64,000 nt of DNA from NCBI GenBank assembly GCA_963796685.1, contig CAWCMR010000025.1, positions 1 to 64,000 on the forward strand, read 5' to 3'. The notes beneath the pieces were generated by a model. That model searched no databases. It worked only from the letters and a program-made list of their open reading frames with translations, and was not told the origin of the DNA. This document shows positions 50,284 through 64,000 of this stretch, in pieces. Position 1 is the stretch's first letter; the number at the start of each line of letters is the position of its first letter. The translations under genes and the position numbers were made by a program. The DNA comes from an uncultured delta proteobacterium (GTDB lineage Bacteria; Myxococcota_A; Polyangia; Fen-1088).

Positions 50284-51608
50284 CCCCAGACGAGCTCAAA
50301 CAGAAGGTCGGAACCCTTGTCGTCGTCATGATGGAGAATCGATCGTTCGACAATGTCCTCGGGTACTTGCGCCACCCCGAGGGAGGAAATCGGCCCGAGG
50401 TCGAGGGCATCGAGGACTTTCAGAACGATCGCTACGTCAACAAGAACACGGATGGACTCGCCCGACGACCCTCCTGGAGGACCGACGCCCCCTTCGTGAG
50501 CGACTTGCCGCACAACTCGGGTGGCGTCCGCGAACAGCTCAGTTGGTCCCCGTTGGCGAAGACCCATTTGATGGACGGGTTCGTGCGAGCCTTCGAGGAT
50601 CAGTGCCATAGCATCGTCGACGATCCGCCCGTGATGGGGCTGCTGCAAGCGAAGGATCTTCCGACGACCGCTCCGCTGGCGGAGCAGTACACGGTCTGCG
50701 ACAACTGGTTTGCCTGCGTTCCGACGTCGACAGCGCCGAACCGCCTCATGTCGATGTGCGGTGCCACGCCCCTGGCAGAGACGGGCGTTCTGCTACCCGA
50801 TCAGCAGACCGTGTACGACTGGCTGCTCGGGCACAACGTGCGATGGCGCGTCTACGCCGCCGGACTTCCCTTCTTCGCGCTCATGCCGCGCATGGCGCCA
50901 CTCGTGCTGACGGGACACTTCAAACGGCTCTCGGACCTCGAAAAGGACGTCATGGAAGAGCCGGTCGGCGATTGGCCCCAGGTCATCTTCATCGAGCCGG
51001 ACTACTATGACTGCCCTGTGCACTTCCACCCGCCGTGCGACAATCATGCCCCTCTCGCGATGGCGCCCGGGGAGTCCTTCGTCAGGGAGGTGTATCAAAG
51101 TCTGACCGCGAACCTCGACAAGTGGTCGCGCAGCGTCTTCGTTCTCACGTACGATGAGCACGGGGGGCTGTTCGATCATGTTCCTCCGTTGCCGATCACG
51201 TACCGGCATCCGAATGGCGTCTCGTTCGACACCACGGGGCCCCGAACCCCTACCATCATCGGCGGGCCGTTCGCGCCCAAGCGAGGCGTGTGCAAGCGCC
51301 CCCTCGACAACACCTCGATTCTGCAGCTATTGGCCGAGACTTTCGGCTCGCCGGGCGAATCCTACTCGTCGGAAGTCCTGGGCAGAAGCCAGCAGGGGAT
51401 AGAGAGCTTGTCGGTCGTCCTGGATGCCGCCGCCGGGAACACCGAGATCTGCACGATGGGTAGTGGCACAGGCGCGGCCGCGCCAGGCAGCGTGCCCGAA
51501 TCCGACCTGCGCAAGGCCTTCGATGGCGCGATACGGGCGCTCGCGGCAAGGCATCAGACGGAAGCCATGCTCAAGTACCCCGAGCTGCGCGGCTACTTGA
51601 AGAGATGA
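50280..51608 (+). CDS. Phosphoesterase / phospholipase C family protein
   Basis: VVMMENRSFDN, VCDNWFACVP.STAPNR, LTYDEHGGLFDHV. Confidence 0.92.
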   Translation: MTPDELKQKVGTLVVVMMENRSFDNVLGYLRHPEGGNRPEVEGIEDFQNDRYVNKNTDGLARRPSWRTDAPFVSDLPHNSGGVREQLSWSPLAKTHLMDGFVRAFEDQCHSIVDDPPVMGLLQAKDLPTTAPLAEQYTVCDNWFACVPTSTAPNRLMSMCGATPLAETGVLLPDQQTVYDWLLGHNVRWRVYAAGLPFFALMPRMAPLVLTGHFKRLSDLEKDVMEEPVGDWPQVIFIEPDYYDCPVHFHPPCDNHAPLAMAPGESFVREVYQSLTANLDKWSRSVFVLTYDEHGGLFDHVPPLPITYRHPNGVSFDTTGPRTPTIIGGPFAPKRGVCKRPLDNTSILQLLAETFGSPGESYSSEVLGRSQQGIESLSVVLDAAAGNTEICTMGSGTGAAAPGSVPESDLRKAFDGAIRALAARHQTEAMLKYPELRGYLKR

Positions 51609-51638
51609 TAGGGGCAGTTCCTCGCCGACGGAGAAGGT

Positions 51639-53213
51639 TCAAAGGTCTTCCTCCTCCGAGGTCGACTTTGCCAGGGAGGCCAGACGCGCATCCACGGACG
51701 CGCTCAATTCATGCGCTACCTTGCTGCCGATCAGCCCGTGTCGCGCGGCCTGTGCAATCGCGCTTCTTTCCACCAGGGCCAGATAGCGCCGAAGTCGCGC
51801 CAGGGTCTCGTCGCGCAGCCCGGCCTCTTCGCGGTAGAGGCGCCCCAGGTCGGCCTCCGCGGAGCGCAGGATGGACTGGTATTCCTCTCTGACGATGGCG
51901 ACGATTTCCGGCGCCACGGCGTGGGTACGCGCGGCCTGATCAAGACGGTCGAGGGCGGCCTGGACGGCGACCAGTTGCCCTCGCCGAAGATCGTAGGCAC
52001 GCCGGTCGGCCACGGCGCGGACCACGCCCAGCCAGCGCAAGAGCGGCGCCATGGTCAGCCCCTGGGCGAAGATCGACACGATCACCACCCCGAAGGTCAG
52101 GCTCACCAAGATCTCGCGGTGGGGAAAATCCTTGGCCAAGGAGAGGGCCAAGACCATCGAGAGCGCGCCGCGCAGTCCGCCCCAGGTTAGCACCACCGCC
52201 CAGCGCCACGGAATCTTCTCGCGCGAGCGCCCTAGGGCCGCCGAGACGATCGCGATCACGACCGCGCGCCCGAGGGTCAGGGCGACGAAAGCCACCAGGA
52301 TCGGCTTCCAGACCGCGACCACGGCACGAAGCTGGACCTCGAATCCGATGAGCAAAAAGACCAAGGAGTTGAGGGCGAAGGCCAGGTATTCCCAGAAGGT
52401 CTCGACCGCCAGGCGCGTCGACGGGCTCATCCCGCTCTTCGCGGCGTAGTTTCCACACAGCATTCCCGCGGTCACGGTCGCGATGACACCGGAGACATGC
52501 AAGTGCTCTGCGGTCACGAACGAGCCGTAGGCGGCAAGCGTGGTCAGGGTGATCTCGATCATCGCTTCGTCGACGCGTCGGATGACCTGGGACACCGCCA
52601 TCCCCAGGATTCCGCCCACGAGAAGCCCGCCCCCGACCACGCCCACGAACTCGCGCGTGGCGCCCGCGACGGAGGCGCCCTGCCCCGAGGCGATGGCCAG
52701 AATGATCCCGAAGAAGACCACGGAGGTTCCATCGTTGAGCAGGCTCTCGCCTTCGATGAGCACCCCGAGCCGGGTCGGCACACCCAGGGTTTTGAACATC
52801 GCGATCACGGCGATGGGATCGGTTGCCGCCAGGAGAGCGGCGAACACGAGGCCGTGGATGAATCGGAAGTCCTGCACGAAATGGAGCGCTCCCACCGCCG
52901 GGGTCAAGAGCGCCGCGGTCACCGCAATGGAGGCGACCACCCCGGGAACCGCGAGCGACACGATCGCGACCTTGCTCCGCCAGAAGCGGGAGAAGTCGAG
53001 GTGAAAGGCGGCCTCGAAGAGCAGCCCGGGCAGGAAGACCGCGAAGAGCAGCTCCTTCGTGAGGTGAGGCGGCATGAGGACGTGCGTGGTTCCGAGCAGG
53101 AGCCCGGCCAGGACCAGGCCGACGGTGTAGGGAACGAGCAACTTGCGCACGAGGAGAGCGACCACGGTCGCCACCGCGAACAGCACGACCACGATGACGT
53201 CTATGTTCTGCAT
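51639..53213 (-). CDS. CPA1 family Na+/H+ antiporter
   Basis: FLPGLLFEAA, ATDPIAV, IEGESLLNDG, SGVIA, WGGLRGALS. Confidence 0.93.
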   Translation of the reverse strand: MQNIDVIVVVLFAVATVVALLVRKLLVPYTVGLVLAGLLLGTTHVLMPPHLTKELLFAVFLPGLLFEAAFHLDFSRFWRSKVAIVSLAVPGVVASIAVTAALLTPAVGALHFVQDFRFIHGLVFAALLAATDPIAVIAMFKTLGVPTRLGVLIEGESLLNDGTSVVFFGIILAIASGQGASVAGATREFVGVVGGGLLVGGILGMAVSQVIRRVDEAMIEITLTTLAAYGSFVTAEHLHVSGVIATVTAGMLCGNYAAKSGMSPSTRLAVETFWEYLAFALNSLVFLLIGFEVQLRAVVAVWKPILVAFVALTLGRAVVIAIVSAALGRSREKIPWRWAVVLTWGGLRGALSMVLALSLAKDFPHREILVSLTFGVVIVSIFAQGLTMAPLLRWLGVVRAVADRRAYDLRRGQLVAVQAALDRLDQAARTHAVAPEIVAIVREEYQSILRSAEADLGRLYREEAGLRDETLARLRRYLALVERSAIAQAARHGLIGSKVAHELSASVDARLASLAKSTSEEEDL

Positions 53214-53605
53214 TCGATTACCGAGGATCGCCTCAGGGTCGCTTGCCCCTGTCGTGCGATGTGCGCGCCATGGGACGAGTGTAGTGGCGAATGGCACGCA
53301 CGCAAGACCGACGGCAGGGCATGGCGATCGCGCCGATCGCGCCGTAAGGTAGAGCCTTGGGCTCAGCGGCTGGCTGCAGGCTGTGGCGCAGGAGAGAGTG
53401 GCGCAGCAGGGATGGATGCGGGACGGTGCGTTACTCTGCGCAGCAGCCAAGAGAAGCTGTCGTTGGGCCAGGAGGCTCGCCAACAGGTTGTCCAGGACTC
53501 CCTCGAGCGCAGAACTCACGCCGTGGCTGAGGAGCTTTGGAAAGGCGTGACGTAAAAGGCGGAGCTATGCGTTGGCAAGCACAATGAATTGGCTGGGTAT
53601 GGGAG

Positions 53606-54088
53606 CTACAGCGAGCGCTGCCAGTAGCCGATGTCTATCCAGCGATCGAACTTGTGGCCGATGCGCTCGAAATGGGCGACCTTCTTGAAGCCCAATTTTT
53701 CGTGCAGTCGTTCGCTCTGCGGATTGGGAAGGGCGATGCGCGCCACAGCGGTGGCAAACCCGTTCTGCTTGAGCGAGGCCAGGAGATCGGTATAGAGCAT
53801 CCTGCCGATGCCGCCGCCAACGCGGTCTTGGCGGAGGAAGATGGAAGTCTCGACGGCGAAACGGTAGCCCTCCCGCTCTTCGAAGGGCCACGCGTAGGCA
53901 TAGCCGACGATCTCGCCCGCGTGCTCGGCCACCAACCAGACGTGGCCGGGGTGTCGCTGCATGCGCGCGCAGACTTCCTCGACTGCCGGCACCTTGAACT
54001 CGAAGGTGTACGTCGTGTTCTCGACGTACGGGGCATAGACGGCTTGAATGGCTGCTCCATCCGCCGGTGTGGCTGGGCGCGTGTGCAT
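53606..54088 (-). CDS. GNAT acetyltransferase, phosphinothricin/YncA-like
   Basis: YAPYVENTTYTFE, GYAYA, GGGIGRMLY, LHEKLGF, GHKFDRWID. Confidence 0.92.
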   Translation of the reverse strand: MHTRPATPADGAAIQAVYAPYVENTTYTFEFKVPAVEEVCARMQRHPGHVWLVAEHAGEIVGYAYAWPFEEREGYRFAVETSIFLRQDRVGGGIGRMLYTDLLASLKQNGFATAVARIALPNPQSERLHEKLGFKKVAHFERIGHKFDRWIDIGYWQRSL

Positions 54089-54209
54089 GGTTGGTCGTCG
54101 CTATATTCGCCTGCCAGCATAGGACGACCACCAAGCGGCTGACCAGATCGATCGTTCGGCGTTGGTGTCTTGGTCGAAAAATCCGGCGTCTGCTAGTCTC
54201 GGACGTGTC

Positions 54210-55214
54210 ATGTTGAGCATTCTCTTGGGCGCAAGTGTCCATCTCCACGACCCGGGAGTCGGACATCCCGAGGCACGTGCGCGCGTCGAGCGACTTGGCA
54301 AGTGCCTTGCGGACGCAGGCTATGCCTTGCAGTCGTGCAGCCGGGAAGCCACGCGCGACGAGCTCGTCACCGTTCACGATCCGGACTACGTCGACCGGGT
54401 GCTTGCCCTGAGCGGTCGGGTGGCCGATCTCGACCCCGAGACGCGCCTCGGCCGCGATTCGGTCAAGTCTGCGCTGAATGCGGCGGGAACCGCACTCGCG
54501 CTGGCGGACGAGATGGTTGGTCAGAAGGACCGTCAGGTCTTCGCCGTGGTGAGGCCGCCCGGGCATCACGCAGAGTCGTCCTCCACGTCCGGCTACTGCG
54601 TCTTCAACAACGTCGCGCTCGCGGCCGAACGACTGCGTCGGCAAGGGATGCGCATTTGCATCCTGGATTGGGACGTCCACCACGGCAACGGAAGCGAGCG
54701 CATCTTCCTTGCGCGGTCCGACGTCCTGTTCGTTTCGATTCATTCGAACCGGCTGTTTCCACAAGACAGCGGCGATGTCACCACCGTGGGCGAAGGCGAG
54801 GGCCGCGGCACAACGGTGAACGTCCCCTTGCCGGCCGGGGCCACGTTGGCGGCTTATGCGCTCGCCACCAGGACCGTGATCCTGCCGGCCGTGCGACGCT
54901 TCCGGCCCGATGTCGTGCTGGTGAGCCTGGGGTTCGATGCGCGCGAGGGCGATCCCCAGGGAAACATGCGTTTGCGCACCGAGGACTTCGAATTCATCGG
55001 CGCTGCCATCGCTGCGGCGGGTGTGGGTTCGGCCGAAGGGAGAATCGGCATGCTCCTCGAAGGGGGCTACAACGTCGAAGCCATCGGACCATGCGGGCTC
55101 GCCGTGCTGCGCGGGCTTGCCAAGAAGCTCGACGATGGGTGCCCCGACCAAGCCACGGCAGACGAGCGTTCGAGCGTCGAAGCTGCGGTCAGAATTCACG
55201 GATTCAAAGGGTGA
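54210..55214 (+). CDS. Histone deacetylase family amidohydrolase
   Basis: HPE, RPPGHHA, GYCVFNN, DWDVHHGNG, SLGFDA..DP, LEGGY. Confidence 0.93.
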   Translation: MLSILLGASVHLHDPGVGHPEARARVERLGKCLADAGYALQSCSREATRDELVTVHDPDYVDRVLALSGRVADLDPETRLGRDSVKSALNAAGTALALADEMVGQKDRQVFAVVRPPGHHAESSSTSGYCVFNNVALAAERLRRQGMRICILDWDVHHGNGSERIFLARSDVLFVSIHSNRLFPQDSGDVTTVGEGEGRGTTVNVPLPAGATLAAYALATRTVILPAVRRFRPDVVLVSLGFDAREGDPQGNMRLRTEDFEFIGAAIAAAGVGSAEGRIGMLLEGGYNVEAIGPCGLAVLRGLAKKLDDGCPDQATADERSSVEAAVRIHGFKG

Positions 55215-55223
55215 TTCGAATCG

Positions 55224-55659
55224 ATGACATTCCCACAGCGACGGATCCGATATCTTGCAGCGGCGACGTTCATCGTGGCATGTAGCTCGAAAGGCGCTTC
55301 GTTGCGCCTCAGCGATGCGGCTAATGTTGCCACGGGAGGAATCGGAGCCGGTGGCGGTGGAAGTGCCGGGGCAGGCGGCGCCCGCACCCAGTGCGTTGTG
55401 CTACTGCAGCCCGGTCGACATCTGCATCATCGGGTGCAGGAGTAATGCTGATTGTCCCGCGGGGCAGGGGTGCGATGCCAGCCATGGTTGCCAGAACACC
55501 TGCGTGCCCGGTGACGGTACCTGTGCCACGGATTTCTCCTGTGGCGCGAGCGGATTCTGCGAGCGGATCAGCTGTACCGACGACAGCCAATTCTCCGTCG
55601 CCTGCGTGAAAGGCGCATGCGACGGCGCCGCCGGGACCTGCCAGTACCCGCCGGTCTGA
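55224..55659 (+). pseudogene. Small Cys-rich lipoprotein gene, broken or frameshifted near 55395
   Basis: Lipobox IVAC and Gly linker in one frame; CxSNADC..C repeats in another. Confidence 0.5.
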
Positions 55660-55797
55660 GCTGTCCCCGCGGTCCGCCTTGCGCCCGCGCCAAGTCCCGC
55701 TCACCCGCGTCGATACGCGACGCTGCCTTTCCCTGCTGCGCGGGGCAAGGCGATCCGGCCGCTGTCGCGGCCGGCGGCTCTTACACGGAGGCGCCCC

Positions 55798-59464
<3,667 letters not shown>

Positions 59465-59468
<4 letters not shown>

Positions 59469-61345
59469 CGCGCCCCCGCGAGCGGGCGCTGCCAATCGGT
59501 GCAAGTCGGCATGGCCTTGCCGAAATAGGGATTGCGGATGGGGCCGGTGGCCTGAATCCACACCGAGCCTTCCCCTTTGCCGTCCGGGTACATGGGGCAA
59601 TGGACATCTTCCAGCTTCTGGCTGTAGCCCTTGGGCACGCCGGTGTCGTGCAGCAGCTTGGACAGCGCCGCGCTCAGCGAGGCGAAGGCGCGACGGGCGT
59701 CGTCCAAGGTGTTGGCAGCGGCCAGATCGAGCGCCTTTTGCTTCACGTTCGCGGCGTCGGCGTGCTCGTGCCAGTAGTGGGGCTGGTCGGGGATCGCCAT
59801 CGCGACCAGGGCGTCGATGGCATCGACGACCTTGCGGGCCGAGACCCCCATGTTGGTGGTGGTGTCACCGGCCAGCGCCTTGCCCACGGCGAGATAGCCG
59901 TCGAGCGCCGTGGCAAGCGCCGCGTTCGCGGCATCGGGCAGGACGATGGCCACGGGCGCGGCCGCCGGGACGACCTTCGAGGCCGTGGCCTCGCCCACGG
60001 GCGTGCCCTCCATCATGCGCGCCAGGGCTTCGCGCATTCTGGCCTCGCTGTCGATGAGGAACTGACCGCTCACCACGACCTCGTCGCCGGGCTTGAGCCC
60101 GTCGAGGATCTCGACCTTGCCATCCTCGGTCTCGGCCCCCATGCGGACGGTCCGTGGCTCGAACCGCCCTCCACCCAGCGCAACGAACGCAACCTGACGC
60201 TCCCCGGTGTCGATGACCGCGGAGCGCGACACCAGCACCCGGCTTGGGGCCTCCGTGCCCTGAAACACGACCGTGGCATACATCCCGGGCTTGAGCTTCA
60301 GGCCTGGGTTGGGAAACTCCAGACGCACGTTGACCTGCCGGGTGCGTTCGTCGAGATAGGGGTAGATGTAGTCCACCTTGCCTTTGAGCTGCATCCCCGG
60401 CAGATACGTGAGCGTCATGGTCGCCGGTTGTCCGACCTTGATCTGCTGGCTCTGGTACTCGTAGACCGTGGCCATCACCCAAACGCGCGACAGGTCCGCG
60501 ATGCGATACATGGTCATCCCGGGGGTGACCTTCATGCCCTCGAAGGCCTGCTTCTCGATGACCACGCCGCTTTGTGGGCTGCTGATGATCATGCTCTTGA
60601 GGGGGTTCCCCCGTGTTTCGAGCGCGGCGATCTGCTCCCTGCTGATGTCGAAAAACGACAGCTTGGTCCGGGCCGATTCGAGAAGGTCGTTGCCCAGGCC
60701 CGCACCGGGCGAGCCCGCGCCTGTCCCAATCCGTTGCGATGCCCGGTAGGCAAGCAGGTACTCCTCCTCGGCCGAGTAGAGATCCGGCGAGTAGAGATCG
60801 AAGAGAGGCTGACCGCGTTTCACCGGCGCCCCCAGGGAATTCACGCGCAGCTTTTCGATCCAACCCGAAACCTTCAAGTTCACATCGGTGAGGCGGGTTT
60901 CGTCGTAGGTGACGATCCCCACCGTGCGGATCGAACCGGTCTCCGACCCCAGGGTGACCTTCTCGACGCGCACGCCGATGTTCTGCGAGACCACGGGATC
61001 GATGGTGACCTGGCCCGAGAACTTGGCGGGATCGAGGGGAACGAGCTTCATGCCGCAGATGGGACAGTTGCCCGGCTTGGGCTCGATGACCCAGGGGTGC
61101 ATGGCGCAGGTGTAGTAGTGGTGCCCACCGGCCTCGCCGGCCGCTTCGCTCTTCGTCCCCGACACGGCCGACCACACCTTGTGCAGCCCCATGCCGACCG
61201 GTGGCCCGATCTGTGCCCCTAGATAGAGCGTGAAGCTGACTCCGCCAATCCATAGGGCGAGGTTCTTCTTGCTCGTCCTTTGCGGGATCGGCGCGCCGGC
61301 CTTTGCGTCGGCTGGAATGGTTTCTTCGTTCTTGCTCGACATCAC
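59465..61345 (-). CDS. cusB: CusB-type membrane fusion protein with N-terminal heavy-metal-binding domain and DUF3347-like C-terminus
   Basis: [63 protein letters not shown]. Confidence 0.92.
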
Positions 61346-62610
61346 TTGACCCCATCTCCAACGATTTCTTCGGCAGCCACACGCGCTTCAGCGGAATCCG
61401 TCGCCGCCATCAGAGTGGTGCGTTCAAAGTTCAACAGGTCCAGCTCGGCCTGGAACAGCGACGCGAAGTCGGCACGCCCCACCCGATACGATGCGAAGGT
61501 CGCATCGAGGCTCATGCGAGCCTCCGGTATCAGTTCTTTGCGATAGGTGCGCGCCTTTTGCGCCGACCGCTTCCAGTCCGCGACGATGCCGCCGAGGTCG
61601 CCGCGCATGCGATCCAGCGCGGCAGCGCATTCTTGCGTGGTCGCCTCGGCCAGCTTCTCGTTCTGGCGCGCTTCACTTCCCCAGCGCCCATCGTAGAAAA
61701 GGGGAAGCGGCAGGGACACGCCGAGCGAGACAAAGTCCTTGCCAGGGTCCGTGCCGGCCTGCGTCCGCACGCGGTAACCGCCAAAAATCGTGATGTCGGG
61801 GTAACCCTCTCGACTCGCCCGGCGGGCCGCGCTTCGGTAGGTCTCGGCCTCGGCGGCAAACCGCTTGAACAGGGGACGGTCGCGTTCCGCTTGCTGGGCA
61901 AGTGTGGCCGCGTCCGTTGTGGGCTCTTGCACCACGGTCTGCTCGGGAGTCGGCACTTCGACGTCGATAGCCCGGTGAAGAGTGGCATTGATGGCCGCGG
62001 TCAGCGAGGCTTCGTCCCGGTCGAAGGTCTTGAGGTCATCCTTCAGCTGGTCGACCAGAACGTGGAGTCTGAGCAGCTCGTGTTGAGCACCGACGCCGGT
62101 CTCGACTTTGACGCGCACGACATCGATGAAATCGCTCACCAGTTTCACGTGCTGTCTGGTCACGTCTCGCAATTGCCGAGTCAACGCCAGTCGGTAGTAG
62201 GCGCGTCTTACGATGGCTCGTAGCTGTACCGCTTTCTCGGCCAGGCTCAGTTGCTCTTGAATCACCCGGCCTCTCGCCTCGTCTTCGCGCGCCCCGATCT
62301 TGCCAGGCCAATAGAAGGTCTGCCTCAGCATGAGCTGAATCCCGCTCATGGGGTGCTGGCCGGGCGTCGGATCGTCGATGGGCATGTTGCTGTACTCGGC
62401 CGAGAAGGTCGGGTCGAGCCAGACCCGGGCCTGGCGAACCTTCTGCTCCAAGGCTCCGACCCTGTCCCCGAGCGCCTGGAGGCTGGGGTTCACGCGAACC
62501 GCCTCGTCGCCGAGCGCGTCCGCCTGGTCCTCTTCAGCCGCGAAGCTTTGCGCCGAGAGAAGAAGGAGCGCCGTGGCGCATAGGCAGGAAAAGACATGCC
62601 ATATCCTCAT
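61342..62610 (-). CDS. TolC family outer membrane efflux protein
   Basis: Signal peptide, NPSLQA, QTFYWPGK, SLPLP, ASYRVG; first of the tripartite pump genes. Confidence 0.9.
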   Translation of the reverse strand: MRIWHVFSCLCATALLLLSAQSFAAEEDQADALGDEAVRVNPSLQALGDRVGALEQKVRQARVWLDPTFSAEYSNMPIDDPTPGQHPMSGIQLMLRQTFYWPGKIGAREDEARGRVIQEQLSLAEKAVQLRAIVRRAYYRLALTRQLRDVTRQHVKLVSDFIDVVRVKVETGVGAQHELLRLHVLVDQLKDDLKTFDRDEASLTAAINATLHRAIDVEVPTPEQTVVQEPTTDAATLAQQAERDRPLFKRFAAEAETYRSAARRASREGYPDITIFGGYRVRTQAGTDPGKDFVSLGVSLPLPLFYDGRWGSEARQNEKLAEATTQECAAALDRMRGDLGGIVADWKRSAQKARTYRKELIPEARMSLDATFASYRVGRADFASLFQAELDLLNFERTTLMAATDSAEARVAAEEIVGDGVK

Positions 62611-62664
62611 TTGCAATCCCCTTTGGCGGAACCGTAGCAGAGGGGCGTTGCCCCAGCCACGCGG

Positions 62665-63030
62665 TCACTTCACGATGATGACACCGGCGACCATGTTCAT
62701 GGCGCATGCGTACCGAATCTGTCCCGACTTGGTCGGCGTGAAGGTGACCTCGACGGGCTGGTCGAGTGGCAGCACCTTCTCGATTGCGAAGTCCTTGATG
62801 ACGAGCGTCTTGGCGCAGGTTTGGTCGGTCTTGCGCGTGACCACGAGCTTCACCGGCTGGTTGGCATTGACGTTGACCTGGGCGGGCTCGAAGCCGCCAC
62901 GTGTAACCGTGATGGCAACTGTCTGTTCGCGGGCCTGCTTGCCATCCACCGACTTGGCCAGCGCCTGCCCGCCGACAACGATCGCACCCGCGACGATGAT
63001 CGAAAGAGCACCGAGAACGCTTCTGAACAT
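62665..63030 (-). CDS. Secreted cupredoxin-domain protein
   Basis: GGAGG RBS, GFEP, TCAK, FTP, YACAMNMVAG. Confidence 0.88.
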   Translation of the reverse strand: MFRSVLGALSIIVAGAIVVGGQALAKSVDGKQAREQTVAITVTRGGFEPAQVNVNANQPVKLVVTRKTDQTCAKTLVIKDFAIEKVLPLDQPVEVTFTPTKSGQIRYACAMNMVAGVIIVK

Positions 63031-63190
63031 GACGAACCTCCTGTAAGAGCGCCGGGTCATTCCGGCCTTCACCCCTATAGGCCGCGGGAAGGGAAGCGTG
63101 ACACCCGACGAACGGTTGGGTCGTGGCGAGGCCAGCCTGCAGGGACCGGCCGCAGGCGCTGCCGCCGGGCACCCGCCATAGGACTGAGGC

Positions 63191-63733
63191 TCACTCGTGG
63201 GCGGCCCGCGAAATGAGGCGAACCTCGGTCATGGTCTCGGTCTGCACGATCAGGTAGTTGTCCATGCCTTCCAGTCGGGAATCGGTCCCTGTCCTTCTGG
63301 TCCTTCCGTAGAAGGTCGCCGAGAGCGGCACCTCGATTCCGCCCCTGACCCTGGAGGCATTCGCTCGCTCGAACTCCACCACGTAGTCGACACGTCCCGC
63401 GGCCAACAGTCTGTTGCCATCCTCCCGATTCTTCACGCGTCGAATCTGCGTCGGGCCGGACGCACAGGGAATCGACAGATCGTCGGCTGCCACGTATGCC
63501 AGCCTGTGCCCCCTGTCCACCATCTTTCCGCACGCCATCTCGTGCAAGATGGACCGAAGCCCTTGCCGGTACAGCGCCTCGTGCTTCGCCGACCAGGATG
63601 GGTCTGGCCAGTCGTCGAGCGAGCCGCAATAGTCCATCTGGATGCAATCCACGAACCGCAGCGGTGGTGCGGAGGTCGAGGCACAGGAAAGAAGACAAAG
63701 TGCGAAACAGGACAGCACAACCTTGCAAACCAT
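63191..63733 (-). CDS. Hypothetical lipoprotein
   Basis: Lipobox LLSC after ATG 63733; no recognised domain. Confidence 0.5.
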   Translation of the reverse strand: MVCKVVLSCFALCLLSCASTSAPPLRFVDCIQMDYCGSLDDWPDPSWSAKHEALYRQGLRSILHEMACGKMVDRGHRLAYVAADDLSIPCASGPTQIRRVKNREDGNRLLAAGRVDYVVEFERANASRVRGGIEVPLSATFYGRTRRTGTDSRLEGMDNYLIVQTETMTEVRLISRAAHE

Positions 63734-64000
63734 GGGCCCTGCACTATCACACCCCATGCGACCGGACTGGCTTCCCTCGGTCGGTGGCTTATCGGTGAGA
63801 ATGAGCGCCACCGGGGCGCGCTTGACGCCGAGCGCATCGGCCAGGGGACTTTGCATGGCAGGCGCAATCTTGGCGTGGCCACGCCGTCGGCGCAAGCTGT
63901 AGCGGGACAAGGCGCGACGACGGGCAGGAGCGGAACGGGATTTGGCAAGGCAGCGACGTTTCACGCTTAGGCGAAGCTGGGGTTCGGTCCATCTCTTGGA

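Noticed and set aside
63734-63964. N-terminal extension of the last lipoprotein ORF
   Set aside because: The segment from 63856 resembles the start of a DUF169-like gene fused by chance; the lipoprotein signal begins at 63733.

Overview
GC-rich (about 65%) bacterial DNA whose gene content suggests Myxococcota (Gly/Ser-linker and Cys-rich lipoproteins, TPR/PEGA, ECF/anti-sigma clusters); the taxon is an inference. Two divergent GH30 lipoproteins precede tRNA-Gly(GCC). The tRNA is the attachment site of a tyrosine-integrase island (about 3.96-12.75 kb) carrying two rve-type IS elements, a PP2C gene coupled to a small ParB-like gene, a second RpoD-type sigma factor and a FitAB-type TA pair. The 3' end of a second, related integrase follows, so islands accumulated in tandem. 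From 13 to 38 kb is a mosaic accessory region: lipoproteins, an ECF cluster, esterases, three more TA loci, IS remnants, gene scraps, a non-canonical tRNA-Phe-like gene with a structured leader, a PAS hybrid kinase, uppP, and a radical SAM/SPASM enzyme with a candidate lipoprotein substrate. From 38 to 64 kb are TPR/PEGA and FGE-sulfatase genes, an M13 peptidase, a ZIP transporter, a YciI/ECF cluster with three matching promoters, a membrane-anchored ECF next to a secreted copy of its own sensor domain, a phosphoesterase, a Na+/H+ antiporter, a GNAT/HDAC pair and a cupredoxin-cusCBA efflux operon. About ten single-base frameshifts in otherwise intact genes suggest assembly indel errors. No CRISPR array or rRNA was seen. 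All family calls come from reading motifs by eye, with no database search. Best leads: the rSAM plus Tyr-motif lipoprotein pair, the non-canonical tRNA with its leader, the PP2C plus apparently permuted ParB pair, and the ECF with a duplicated sensor domain.
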